A DNA stretch of 64,000 nucleotides from Takakia lepidozioides (lineage: Eukaryota; Plantae; Bryophyta), in assembly GCA_030704615.1 (NCBI GenBank), contig CM060733.1:55428001-55492000 (forward strand). Direction: 5' to 3'. Shown here piece after piece: positions 1 to 44,519 of the stretch (position 1 is the stretch's first letter; each line of letters starts with the position of its first letter). The position numbers were made by a program, and so were the translations under genes. Under the pieces are notes generated by a model. That model had not been told where the DNA came from. It made no database searches and worked only from the letters and a program-made list of their open reading frames with translations.

Positions 1-985
1 ACAGAAGGTTGCCTGTCATTCCCCAGGATTGAAGCAGATGTTGAGGTGCGCTTCGCCATTTCTACATTTGGTCGCCTGTTCCTTGGGTTTGGTCAGTTCC
101 ATAGGCAAAGTTCTTACTGGACAGTCTTTTCTGAACATCACCTGGATATTTACCCCAGGTCGTTCCTGAGCCTGCTAGCTGTATAGAGATGTCTGATGAA
201 TGAGTGTGGTGGATTCCTATTCACAGAGGCCGCTATCAGTGAGGGTGGATGCGCAAGACATCAAGGGAAAGAAGTTCAGCATAAACTTGAAGGAGTGGCA
301 AGCCAGGATCTTCCAGCATGAGTATGACCATCTTGAGGTATGGTCCTCATTTGCTCAGTGCTTCTGATTTGCAGGGCATGGTTTTCATAGCAGTTTTAGG
401 CTTTTGCATTTGTTCTCAAGTCAGGAGCTATTCTCATGCCTATGTGATGGCAGGGCACATTGTATTTTGATCGGATGACCCCTGAAGTTCTGGACACCAT
501 TTGTGCTGACCTTCAAGTAATTCTTCCGATCCATCCTTACTGCATATGTTATACGAAGACTCTGGTGTTCACTGAGCTGTCGATTTGAGGTGATTGAGGG
601 TTAATCTCGGTTGACTGGTACTTGGAAGTCTCTTCTCCAGAGTGACTGCCAGTGGGGCTGTGCCAGTAGGAAGGGTCGGGAAGGGTCAGCGGGTGACAGT
701 GGATACATTAGGAGAGAAAAACACAAATGCAAGTAGGTTACCTGTTTTTGTACCGAAACAGGGTTGCCAACCACAGAGTTTTGATTAGGTTGTCTACAAG
801 AAAGAAATTTTACATGTATTTCCGGCATTTGAGTTTTCTTCTCTGGTACTTTCGTTCTGGAAGATGTGAATAATAACAAGGTCCTTTGTGGATGCGTTGC
901 TTTTCAGAAGCTGGAAGATGCATATGAACAACATACTGGCCTTCCTGCCCCCGAGAAAATCAACAACAAACAAAATCAAATCTGA
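1..985 (+). CDS. PDF1B: Peptide deformylase (PDF1B-like), 3' exons; gene starts before the window
   Basis: Manually spliced exons 1-45, 227-337, 454-516, 908-985 (GT-AG) give TEGCLSFPRIEADVE-RPLSVRVDAQDIKGKKFSINLKEWQARIFQHEYDHLE-GTLYFDRMTPEVLDTICADLQ-KLEDAYEQHTGLPAPEKINNKQNQI*. This contains the deformylase EGCLS and QHExDH motifs. Confidence 0.93.
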
Positions 986-2156
986 TATGTTCTCCCTCAC
1001 AACTACAAATCTATTTAGAGTTTGAGGGGGGATTGATTAGTTCTAAAAGAAGCAGTTCATATGCCATGTAGCTATGGCTACTCCCTGGCTTGCAGGGCTT
1101 TTGGTGAGTTTGGTAAGCTTCTGTTTCTCATTAGTTAACTTCACAGTTTGAGTATTTCTAGGTGTGATGTGTTGGCATGGAAAAAACTCTTTTGACTTGG
1201 TCTCATCTAATAAACCTTCAGTTTGAGGGTTTCTGTTCAGTGATGCTAGAAGCTGCATCTTGGAAGCCTGTGGGACAGTTGCCATTGTCATCCAATGCCC
1301 CAGCATCGCGGTAGTTACATCTTTGACAGGCAATTTGTCACAAAAATTCAACAAAGATCTTGACAAATCACAATCCTTCACATTGGCCTAACATTTTGTG
1401 TAAAAATCAGTGTACATTGTCCTATTAGACTCCAGATCATGGGGGTGAATCTTCATCACTGATCACATTCCCTACTCTTGGTCTGCTTTCCTCACAACTG
1501 CACTACAGTGAGAAGTTCAAAAGTCCGAGAGTTCATCCATTCTTACCAAATAACCAAATACTCGCAGCTTTTTGGTTTTTGAACTATGGCTAGTGGCAAT
1601 AGAAGGTTGTAGTCCGTCCCCTTCTTAAAGAAAAAGAAAGAAATTTTGCAGTCATCATTCTGATTGTATCTGGGGTCTGTGGTAGTGGTCTTATTCCAGT
1701 AAGGTCCCAGCCGATAGACTAATAATAAGATTACATGGCTGGAAGATGAGGACAAGCAGACCTTGTCTTCCACACACGTTTTCAGGTTTAGCAAGAACAT
1801 ACCCCAGAAAAACAACTTGCAATAAGAAATATGGACCAGAAAGATGAGAGGTGGGGAACCCAGCCGAGGAGTGGCTATGGTGGGCCCCGGTTCCTCGGCC
1901 AGACACCACAAAACACAGACAGAAGAATTACGCTTTTACAGAGATTAGAGTCAGATAGTGTTCCATTCTTCGAAACTGCAACTGAAGTCCTCTCTCACAA
2001 AACTGCATCGTGAAATTCAGGGCCTTCGGGGCATCGTCTTCCTCCTCTCTTTGCCTTACCACCCAACTGTGTACAGCATTGTACATTTTGGGTCCTGTAG
2101 TCCCATTGCGAGTACCCGCAGCGCTCTGGACTTCGAACTTCCTTGTCTGGAATGAG

Positions 2157-5100
2157 ATGGCTCTAACCCATAGGCTTACAAGTGTCTCCATCATATTCCC
2201 ACACTCTACGTTCTCTCACACGAACCGTGTTTCATCGTCCCTCTCCCTCACACCCTCTTTGGGATTCCAGTCTTCCTCCCTCTCCCGCTCTCTGTCTCTC
2301 TCCGCTATCTCTTCTTGCGCGCAATTTTCTGGAGATGTTTCCATCCCATGTAACTTTGCGGAGGGCAAAGTGGGTAGGAAAGGATTAAGAAAAGGGTGCG
2401 CGATCACAGTTCGAGCGGCAGGAGGGGAGGGGAAAGGGGAGAAGAAGAATGTCCTCATTGTGAATACGAACAGTGGAGGGCACGCAGTCATTGGGTTCTT
2501 TTTTGCTAAGGAGCTCAGAGGGGCTGGCCATGGTGTTACAGTCCTCACCGTCGGGGAGGAGACTTCCGACAAGATGAAGAAACCACCCTTCTCTCGTTTT
2601 TCTGTGAGTCTAGTGGGTTGTGCAATTTACAGTTCATTCTATCAAATCAAATGTAGTGGGAACGCGCGTTTTGACAACTGCATGTGTTGAAACATTAGTG
2701 CTGCACTTTGTGGTGATATGTTGCATTCGTCCTTCTCTGCACCAAACAATAGCTCAACGTTCATGCCGTAGGAGGAAGGTGTACACATCGAGCATTTCAT
2801 GTGGCCTTTCCAGGCTCTGCCAGGGAGAAGGATGTGTTTATTATTGCTTAAAAGTCCAGTTGAATAGATGGAGTGCGATCTCCATAACTCCACTACCTCT
2901 TAGTGTCACAAAGGAAAGGTGAATACAATTGAGGAGGCTACGAGTGAGCTACCGTAGTTGTACAACGAGACAGGTATCCAAGTAGGATGACTTATATGCA
3001 GTGGGTCATTTATCTTTGAACGCCTCTAGAATGCCAAGAATGACAGTCACCGATCAGTCAGAGCGAGACAGTGAATCTTTGGGGGAGGTTCAGAAATTGG
3101 CTATTAAAGTTGCCAAGGGCCTAATGGTGTAATCTACCGTCTGATATGCGAAACAATAATGCAGGAACTCCGTGAGCTAGGGGTGGAGACTCTATGGGGG
3201 CAGCCCTCAGACATTGGGGCAGCGATTGGGTCTGCATCATATGACGCGGTTCTTGAGAACAATGGAAAAACTCTGGACGTTGTGCAGTACGCCATCTGCA
3301 CACCCACCTGCTCTCTCTGTCTCCATCTTTCTCTTCTCTTTTACCAAATTTCCATTAAGCCATTCCTTTGATGTAAGGCCTACACTCCTCTCCAAATGTG
3401 TATCAATAACAATACCCTCCATCTCTCTATCTCGGGGTCTTTGTCAGGAAAACTATGACAACCGCAGTCTACTGAGTACATTGTTTTCTTTACACCCTGT
3501 TTCTGCATCCACTCACACTCTTCTAGGTTGATTTGAGCTTGCATTAGTGTATTGTTAGGGCCCTAGCACAAGAGCTGTATTGGGTCACGTCCTGGCATCC
3601 CAACCTTCACTGTAAACAAGACGACGTTATGTAAGAGTAAGAATGATACTCCTATTACTTGCTGGATGGACAATCTTGAACCAAGAACAAGAAATAAAAG
3701 AAAGGAATGTAAAAAACCCCCAAGAAATTTCCTTTGTTTAAATTGTTACCTTCTCAGACGGGAAGTTTTCATCGTGACAGGAGGAGGTACCTTACGTCTG
3801 GCGTAAGACACCTAGGACCTTACGAAATTCTTAAGATGACAATTTTTGGGGACTGATGAAAGGGGCAGGTTGGTTTTTTACGGTGAAGGGCAGCTAACTC
3901 GGCCCTTCTGCCATTTTCGAACATGTGAACTCATGCTACCGCCCTAGTTCACACATTCTTAAACGGCGGAAGGGTTCCGACTTCAGCTGCCCTTCCCCTG
4001 TAGTTTATGATGTCCCTAGAATCCTAAGGAGCTTCTAGAAACATGACACAAGAAAAGCACCAGTAGAAGCAGGTTCTCATCCACCTACCTCACAATCAAG
4101 TAGAGTTACTTCCTCGTGGATAATGCAAAATCGATTATGTTGGACTATGTGATAGGCCTGTGGCAGACTGGGCAAAGGCAAGTGGAGTGCAACAATTTTT
4201 GTTCATAAGCAGTGCTGGAATCTACAAAAAGAGTGATGAGCAACCGCATGTGGAGGGGGTAACTTTTTCTCTCCCTCTGTCTTTCAGTGTCTTCTTTCTT
4301 CCTTCTCTCTTATATATATTGAATCTTAAACTTCCCTGAACTTGTTTCCAGTCTGTGACATGGGGGAGGACATCTTGGATGACCTCAAGGGTCTACCCAC
4401 TCTCGGCACTAGACTCAAATTTAAACTCAGGGCAGGAAGCCTACCTTTGAACAGCAAACAGAAGCAGAGAGGAAAGGGAGAGTGCAATTGCCCGTTGTGT
4501 GGGCAATCTGAAGACAGTATTCATTTTCTGATACACTGTCCGGGGTTCTCTCACCAAAGAGACGCTCTCTTCAAATCTATTAAGGGTATTGTGCCTGTAC
4601 CCCTGTTTACCAACTTTGAAAGTCTCGAGGCTGAGCCAAAAGCCCAGGCCCTCCTGAGGCCTAGTTTTTGGGCAAATCACACACAGCAGATTGATGCTTG
4701 TGTGAAGGGATTTCTAGAGGATATCTGGAAAACCCGGATTAATTCTATATATGGAGGTAAGTCTTACTACCAATGTCAGCCCCTGACAGAGGTAGGTTCT
4801 GTCCCTTTTGTTCCCGCTCAAACTGGGCGCGGGGTCAATGGCCACAAGGCTACGGCAAACATCGTCTTATGAGTACAATCGTATATATATTGTAGTTGTC
4901 TCTTTGTTTCTTATGCGTGATTAAACCATAAGCTTTCTCATGGTTTTTATTGTGTTCTTTTCTGTCTTTCTGTGTGTGTTTATCTGTTTTGGTCCAAAGT
5001 GCAGCTGGGACTATGACCAAAGTCTACAGCAAGCCGTGTTAATTGAGCAGACCTTTCTCTTTTCAACCGTTTTTGCTTTCACTCTCTCCTCTACCTTCCC

Positions 5101-6514
5101 TCTTGGTCCATCCTCCCTCTTTTACTTCCCATGTATTTCCTCCTTGCATCAACTTTCTCCTTTCTGGGGAATCTCACCAGGTGATAAGCATGTTGGTTGT
5201 GTCGCCTTGATGACTTGAACTGGAAGGTAATTAGTCGTGGTAAATATGACTTCAACAGGATGCAGTGAAGGCAGATGCAGGCCATGTAGTTGTGGAGCAG
5301 TACCTTGCAGGCCTTGGGTTCGGAAGCTGGGCTGCTTTCCGTCCTCAGTATATGACGGGCTCTGGCAACAACAAAGACTGTGAAGAATGGTTCTTTGACC
5401 GTATGTGATCTGCTTTGTGCTCAATAACTACACATCTGCCATGTTCTCTTTCGTGGCTTCTTAATTTAGTTTGACTTTGGCTATTAAAGGCTAGTTTTGG
5501 CTGCATGGTATATATGCTTTGGCTGCAGAGGTTGAGAGTTGCAAGATGCAGGGCTCATTTGAAATTGATGAAAGGAGTTACCAGCACATGTAGACTTCCA
5601 TCATGCTCTTAGAAAGGGAGTGATCATATGATGGAAAGTACAGGTTTGTTTTCCTACAGGAATTGTCCGGGGAAGACCAGTTCCAATTCCTGGGTCAGGG
5701 CTGCAAGTGACAAATATTTCTCATGTGTCAGACTTGTCGAGCATGCTCACACTTGCAGTGGAAAAGCCAGCTGCTGCTAATGGTGGCATATTCAATGCTG
5801 TTAGTGACCGCGCAGTCACATTTGATGGGCTAGTTCGTTTGTGCGCAAAGGCTGTCGGAAAGGAGGCTGAAACTGTTCACTACGATCCTGAGGCAGTTGG
5901 TGTTGATGCAAAGAAATCCTTCCCTTTCCGCAACATGGTATTTTCTCCTTTATTTCTTTCTCTCTCACCAACTTTCTATCTCCAGTGTACTTGCGCCCCC
6001 TTTGACTTAGTAAGTGGCACTCATGAAGGACCAAGCGAGAGAAGCTGCTTCTTCCATAGTAAAGCACCCATGGATTATGGGTATATAAAAGCCTGGATAT
6101 TGTAACTTAGTGTAGCACAAGGTCCAGCTCATTCTCTACATGTAGCTCTCCATCTTAGAGAATCTCTGCAAGCTGAATTTCAGTTTTTGGGCTGTTTGTT
6201 CGGGACCCATTTTTCTTCTATCCTACTTTCCTTTTTCTCACGGATATTGTAAGTTTGTTTTTCTTTCTTTCTCTTTATCACTAGTCTGATGAGAGTTTCA
6301 TTCCCCGCTCTCCATCCCTCTCTGTGAGCAGCATTTCTATGCAGAGCCAAGAGCAGCCAAGGCAAAGCTTGGATGGACAAGCAAAACCAATTTGCAAGAA
6401 GATTTGAAGGCTCGCTTTGAGGAGTATGTTGCCATCGGCCGAGACAAAAAGGAGATCAAATTTGAACTTGACGACAAGATCCTTGCGGCACTGCGCACAC
6501 CTATCACTGTATGA
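2157..6514 (+). CDS. CSP41A: Chloroplast stem-loop binding protein of 41 kDa a (CSP41a; NAD-dependent epimerase/SDR fold)
   Basis: Exons 2157-2603, 3165-3286, 4156-4258, 5259-5400, 5660-5937, 6332-6514. A Ser-rich transit peptide is followed by [66 protein letters not shown] and [16 protein letters not shown], all typical of CSP41a. Confidence 0.93.
4322..4881 (+). mobile_element. 5'-truncated non-LTR retrotransposon (LINE) 3' end in CSP41a intron 3
   Basis: ORF 4342-4872 has a C-terminal LINE-type zinc motif (KLRAGSLPL...CPLC-x6-HFLIHC). The element is flanked by an 11-bp direct repeat TATATATATTG (4311-4321 and 4882-4892), consistent with a TSD. Related copies lie at ~20190-20470 (-) and 57284-57416 (-). 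Confidence 0.8.
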
Positions 6515-6679
6515 CTTTGCCATGACTCTGGGAAATAACTTGGTCCACAACCTCCAGTTCGTGTTCCGTCTGAGGGGACCCACGAAGCTAGGGAGGAGAC
6601 ACCATGCTGTCAGCCACCCCCAAGCTGAGCCAAGTCCACTCTGGTACTACCCGGAGAGTCAGGCACAAAGAGAGCAATG

Positions 6680-6681
<2 letters not shown>

Positions 6682-6710
<29 letters not shown>
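6682..6710. repeat. (GA)n microsatellite downstream of CSP41a
   Basis: Uninterrupted GA dinucleotide run. Confidence 0.95.
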
Positions 6711-8484
6711 GCTTCAGGGTTGCTTGCAGAGCTAGAGAAGCAACTTATTTAATCACTTAACTTATTACCTGATCTTGAACATTTGTAGCGGTCAATGCTT
6801 TCGCATCAGTACAAAGAAGTTCATATTCTCGCTCATTGTTTTCAAATGATTGCAAAAAAAGTGAGGGCTCCTTTGCAAGTGATGGCAGTTCCAAGCTGTC
6901 GTATTGATGGAAGCTCGAAAGCTCAGGTGGCCAAGCCAGTGAGCACCTGTAGCTACGCTCTGAAACACAACCAAGAATCACAGATAATCATCCATTGTTG
7001 TGAATGATGCAACAGTCCCCGCATCAGTTGTAGGTCAGCCTCGAGGCTTCCTCGGAGTGGAGCATTCTCAAGCTTTGAAAAGTTCTGTCCAGCCCCACCA
7101 ACACTAGAACCAGCTCATGCTGGGAGATGATGCTGGGAGGAGAGAGACGACCTCCCAATCCTTCCATGCATTCATCCATCCAACATGACGAGCAGGGGCT
7201 TCACATTCATCCGTACTCCAAGAATGACGATGTCTCATCCTTCCATTTCATCCGTGGTCATCCGTTACGTCACAGAATTGAGATAGATGAACAGAACCAC
7301 TCTGGATGTCGAGGACTGCGCGCCGTCGATTCCCTCGATTGGACGGCGGATGTGGGTGAATAGATGAAAGATGGTGATGAGGCGGAGACGAGGGTTGTGC
7401 ATTTTTGTATAGGAAGGTGGAGTGATAGAGCTTGTCAGATCGAAGAGACGATCAGTTCAAAACATATCGATTGCAAAGCTTCTTACTTGTTTCTGGAGAT
7501 CCTGTGAGAGATTGTTTTGTGTTCGGTACTCGTTTGTGCAGATTTGACCTAATAGTATTTTGCAGCGGGAGGGAGGCGTTGGCGTTTCCAGCTCTTCGTG
7601 GAGGATTCTGAATAAGTCTGTCTGCCGGGTGAGGGAGATGGATATGGTGTTTGATGGGAAAGGAGATGGAAGGCTCAGTGCGCGTGCGTAATCTGGTTTC
7701 TCCGTGTGAATGGTATCTGTGTATGGCACTGTGAGTGTCTCTCCTCTTTCAATGACCAGTGTTCGGTTTTGGCAGTGCATGGGAGAAATATCGACCTCTG
7801 TGACTTGCAAATATCGATCAGAAATTTGTGCCACTGTCTTCAAAGGGACTATTTGTGAATCCTTCTCTAAAATTCGCAGTTTCTCACTATCTGAGGGCAA
7901 TAGCGTGTGTCCAATTCGTGCATATCTAGCAATTAGACGATAATTATGGTCACAATTTGGGCTTGAAAATATCCACAAGGGCAGATATGATGCAGACGTT
8001 CCCGACAAAGTTATTGGTAATCCCTTGGGGAGTGCTAACTAGGAAATTGAATCAGATTCATTAACCTTGGCTGGTGTCATTTCAGTTCAAAACCCAAAAT
8101 CTATTTACAAGTTAGATTATTTGGAAGAGCAAGATTCTAGCTCACTGAGGGCATATGCATGTACAACCGTGCATACAAGTCAATTATGGGGGTTGCAAAA
8201 TCAATTTGCACTCACTAGGCTCTTTCACCCTTCAAGCCCTCCAATCCGTCCCCTGAGCTCTGTTGATAGAAATGAATCCACTTGCTGTCTTGCAACTTTA
8301 GTGGTATTAGTATTTTCTGCCCTATTTCTTCCTTCCATTTCCCTCTTTCTGCTCTGTCAAAACTGGGTGTGGGTTTATGGCCACAATGTTATCGCAAGCA
8401 ATGTGAACATGTCTGGGTTGTCTGTGACTGATTGAGATGATAATGGCAGGATTACAGTTCAAACGAGGAGAGAGTTAGCGGAGA

Positions 8485-38628
<30,144 letters not shown>

Positions 38629-39938
38629 AGCTTCTCTTGGTCTAAAATGGTGTGCGGTCACCCTCCATTCCCATACCAAAGCATCAAAAGGACAGCTGGA
38701 ACAGCTACGGCCTGCAAGTTTTACCTGGTTTCCATTGCCAGATGCATGCCGTCATCGGAGCACTGGAAAAGGTGAGGATGCATGGAGTCTTTGAGATTGT
38801 TAAGGAAGTCTCCTTGGTCATAGAGAGAGAAAATAATTCACCTGACTTCTTAGGTCAATCATGCACTCTCTTTGACTGCTTCCAAGGTTGAGATACAGAC
38901 AGCCAATCCTTGTCTGATGCAAGGGATTCCACATTGCAGCAGTTGTGGGTGATTGGTTGCAGGCGTCTTCGAAGGAGCAGAGGCAAGGAAGAAAGGCCAT
39001 AGGGTGGGGCCTTGAGCAAACTCCTTGAGCAGCTAGCCTACACCAGTCTGGCCCCCCAAAATATTCATTTGGATTGGCTTGCCGGTTGCAAACTTAGGGA
39101 TACCAGCATTTGCTTGAATTAGATGATCTGATTGCTGGTCTTGCAGCCATCTCCTAGATCATTGACAAGTAGTTCAGGGCCTTCCATTACTGTACATGCA
39201 CAGTTGCATCCAGATAGCACAAAGTATCTGCCGACCTATATAAACTATAGGTAGGAGTCTTTGGGTATTCATGGCAGGGAACAATCAGTGTAAGGAATTG
39301 ACCAAATGGATTGATCAAAATGTCTCTCCAACGAACAGTTGAGTTGCTGTGAATGGATATTTGCACCATGAAATGTTGCAAACATGCTGGCTGAAACAAG
39401 CTGAACCTTGTATCATTTAAGTTCTTGATGACTTTCATATTCACACCCATTGCATTTAGTGCATTGCTTATATCACAGCACTTTGTGCAGCACAAAACAG
39501 TACAAAATATGAAATGATAATAACTTAAAAGGGAACTTGCTTAGCTGTTGTTTGTTGATATTCACAGAAAAATTATGGGGAAATCACAAACATCTGGGAA
39601 CTACAGGCCTCTGTTCGCCACTACCAGCTGCAATGAGTCATGTTCATACAAAAGTGTATTACAAAATAAACTGGACAAAACCTTCCCCTGACTTTGGGGA
39701 GAATTCTCCCAAATGAAAGATGTGAGTGGAGAGGTTAGTTTGTTTGCCCCATCTGAAGGCACCCCTACTTTACTAAAACCATCAATAGACATCTCAGAGA
39801 GGGACTGAGCCAAACTTTCATGCCCATTTGTCTTCTCCACAGTGCACTGTCTACAACCAATCTTACCAAGACAATGTCATTAAAGCCAAGCATGCCCCCT
39901 GATATGGGTTCCTGCAGAAATGACCACCCTCATGGAGA

Positions 39939-41684
39939 TCACTCAACATTCTTGGGTACAGACACTTTGACCTTAATCTTTTCGGGCTGCTTGGGTAGTG
40001 TAAGGCCAGGCTCTCTTAGCATAGCTCCAGGTGCCTTCACAATGGTTATGTCCCTCTCAAGCTCCACTGCAGCCTCTTTCCTCTCCTTCGACTTGTTCCC
40101 CTTCATCCTGCACGACCACATCACAGATAACCACCCCTGTCATGTCCGCAAACAACCCTCCATGCAAACAGATGCATAACACCACCCACCTGCCTTGTCT
40201 GCTTGTGCATAGTCTTGATCAGTACAGTTTGGAGATGCTTTTAAAGTGTGTATCTTAGTCAAGTTGTAGATTCGTTGAATATGGAGCTGCTTATTCCAAC
40301 ACTCATGTCACAGGACACTCATTTCAGAAACTCAGTTTCATTGCAGAAACTGATTCATCAAGATTCCTACAAGCCACTTGCTCGCATTGTGGACGGCCTA
40401 ACTTTAACCCCCTTATGTGATGACTTATGCATTGTCATCATCATGTCAAGCGAAAGCTTTGTTCTCTGCCAAAAAGCCTTGACAGCTAGCTCTAGATGTC
40501 ACAGCTGGCTTCCAAGCAAGCAAATAGTGGATACCAGAACAGGTGCTGTGAGAGGTGGTGACAAAACTCCCCGTCACTCCACCTCAACAGGCTTGAGTTA
40601 GAAGGGTGACCAACCTGCTCTCCCAGAACTTAGATTCGCGTTTCTCACGCACTTCCTCAATCTTCTTCATGGCCTTGAGTGTCTGGTCCACCACCTCTCT
40701 GTTGTATCTCTCCGGCCTGTTGCGCTTTCTCTCAAATTCAAATGTCGCATCCTGTTGCAGCTCCCACTCTTTCTATTAGACATTGGCACCTCATAACTTC
40801 CAAAATTAGAACATACCAGATATGCAATACCTGCCTTCCCACCTCCCTTCCTGCTGTCTCTCCCCTCCAAGAAAGCTGACATGCCCAGCAAGATAACTGG
40901 TGATTCTAAGAGAATCCTCATCCTTTGACCAGACTGGATTGCAATGTCTCGCCACTGCAGTTGGTAAGATATTGACAGGCATGAGAAAAAAAACTCGTCA
41001 TGCTTCCCCAAAGAATTAAGGACCACAGCAATTTATTCAGAGATGGAGTGGTGTCAAAGACGAAGATGAGAAAACCTGGGTGAGCTCTTTGCCGTGTAGT
41101 TTTCTGTAAGCCTTGGTCCATTTCACTTTGCGTGGGTTGCGCTTCATCTTAAAATTCTTGTGACATTTTGACCTGCAAAACCTAAAAATCTGACCTCCCA
41201 CAACAGTTACGTCAATCACTGATTCTGTGGAACCTGTGCTATCAGTGTGCGGGGAGGCTAAGCACGCACCAACTGTCTGCGTGCGTGCGTGCCTCCTTGC
41301 AAGGAAAGGAGCCGAGGATGGGACTGCAACGCCAACTGATGTAGTTGAGTCCCGGCCGGATGAGGGCACGAACTATCGGATTAGACCTCTAGTCATAAGC
41401 AGCATGGGAACAAGACATGAATAAGAAGCCAACAGCAACTCTAACACAACCAGATAGACCTGTCAATCCAATACAAAATCAACAACCCACTTGCACCAGC
41501 AGGGACTAAAATCCTAAGCAACTTGGGAACTTTCCAATTCACTTCATATCAGAGGCGGAAACCCAGTCTGATGATCAAGTTGCGAGTAGAGATAAACCCC
41601 TACCTTGGCATCATTCCGCACAAACATAATTCCATGTCCTGGATACACGGTCGATGAGCAAAACCAGCACTTCTCCAACCTCAT
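39939..41684 (-). CDS. RLP24: Ribosome biogenesis protein RLP24 (eL24-like)
   Basis: Exons 41684-41604, 41189-41076, 40751-40615, 40107-39939 give [84 protein letters not shown]...[12 protein letters not shown]...*. Confidence 0.95.
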
Positions 41685-42001
41685 CGCTGCTTCTCCTGTG
41701 AGATCTTTCTCACTCTACTCCTGCGCAGTGTCCCAGACAGAGTCCATCGCCACCCTCACAACGCATGCGAAGGGAAAAAAAGAAAGGTGGTGCGGCCAGC
41801 AAACCCTAATTTACTCGTGATCTTGGGACCTCGTTGGATAGGCCAATTTGGTCCATAAGATATTTTGGATCGGACGGCCCATCGTTGTCTGCTTGCTCGC
41901 CTAAAGGAGCCGCAGGCTGTGAACGAGCTCTTTCTCCCTCGCAACAGCCTCCGAGCTCCATCACCTTTGCGAGCGCCTGGCGGCAACTCGAAAGAGCCAG
42001 C
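41685..42001. promoter_or_regulatory. Bidirectional promoter between RLP24 and RPS6 with telo-box and site II element
   Basis: The start codons are only 317 bp apart. Telo-box AAACCCTAAT at 41801-41810, site II-like GGCCCA at 41876-41881, and a pyrimidine tract CTCTTTCTCCCTC at ~41928-41940. Confidence 0.65.
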
Positions 42002-43706
<1,705 letters not shown>

Positions 43707-44519
43707 ATTCCAGAATCACTGGTTGAAAGACCTCCGGAAGTAGGACACAATACTTGTCTCCTAGTATTCTTCGCAGATGGGTCAGGTTCTGCGTTTCTAT
43801 GCATCTTTCTGAAGAAACCCACATCATGTGGCGTGCTTGCCTTTGACATTATCTTGGGAAGATCAATTTGTAGATGGTGCACTGTGTGGAGAATTGAGAT
43901 GGGCGTGAATTTTTTCTAAGTGAGATTGGGACTGTGGTTGTCTTAACCTCCAGATTTCATACAATGGGATTTTTGTAGGAATATCTTTGGTTTGTTTGCT
44001 GTTCTTATTGAGGAGGGATATCTTACCTTCTTGTGCAGTCGCATGGTAGTTTGGTAGAGAAGCAATCGGAAAGAGAGTGCAATGAAGAGTGGATAGCCTG
44101 TGAAAGGATATTCTTGTTCACTGCGATCATAATGTAGACAAGGTCAGATTTTTGTCAGTTTTCTTTCCTAACCTTCTCAGGATTGACTTGGTATAGTGTA
44201 TGTGTGTTCCATAGAGTTGAGTTCTTAGTATCTTGAGAATCTTCTCTACATTCGCTTGGTAGCATGTTTCAACATGTCCTAGAATTATTTTGAAGTATAT
44301 TGGGGTGACAAGTGACAACCTTCAGGATGGTAATGGGTGGGTATCATTGTCAGCATGTCGAGATCTTTTATCTATATACATAGATAAAAGATATAGATAT
44401 AAGATCTCGGATAGATGACCTACCAAGATCTCTAGACCCTTGGATATAATGGAGTGCAATACTGTGAGCTTGGTCTAAATAAATTCAAGCTGCATCCCTT
44501 GCAAGATCTCAAATGCCCA

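Noticed and set aside
1040-2110. Spliced minus-strand gene between PDF and CSP41a
   Set aside because: Two GTAAG donors exist, but one implied intron is under 50 nt and the joined peptides are short with no recognisable homology.
3810-3870. Hammerhead ribozyme (CGAAA ... CTGATGA)
   Set aside because: The core words are present, but stems I and II cannot be formed convincingly and the G10.1-C11.1 pair is missing.
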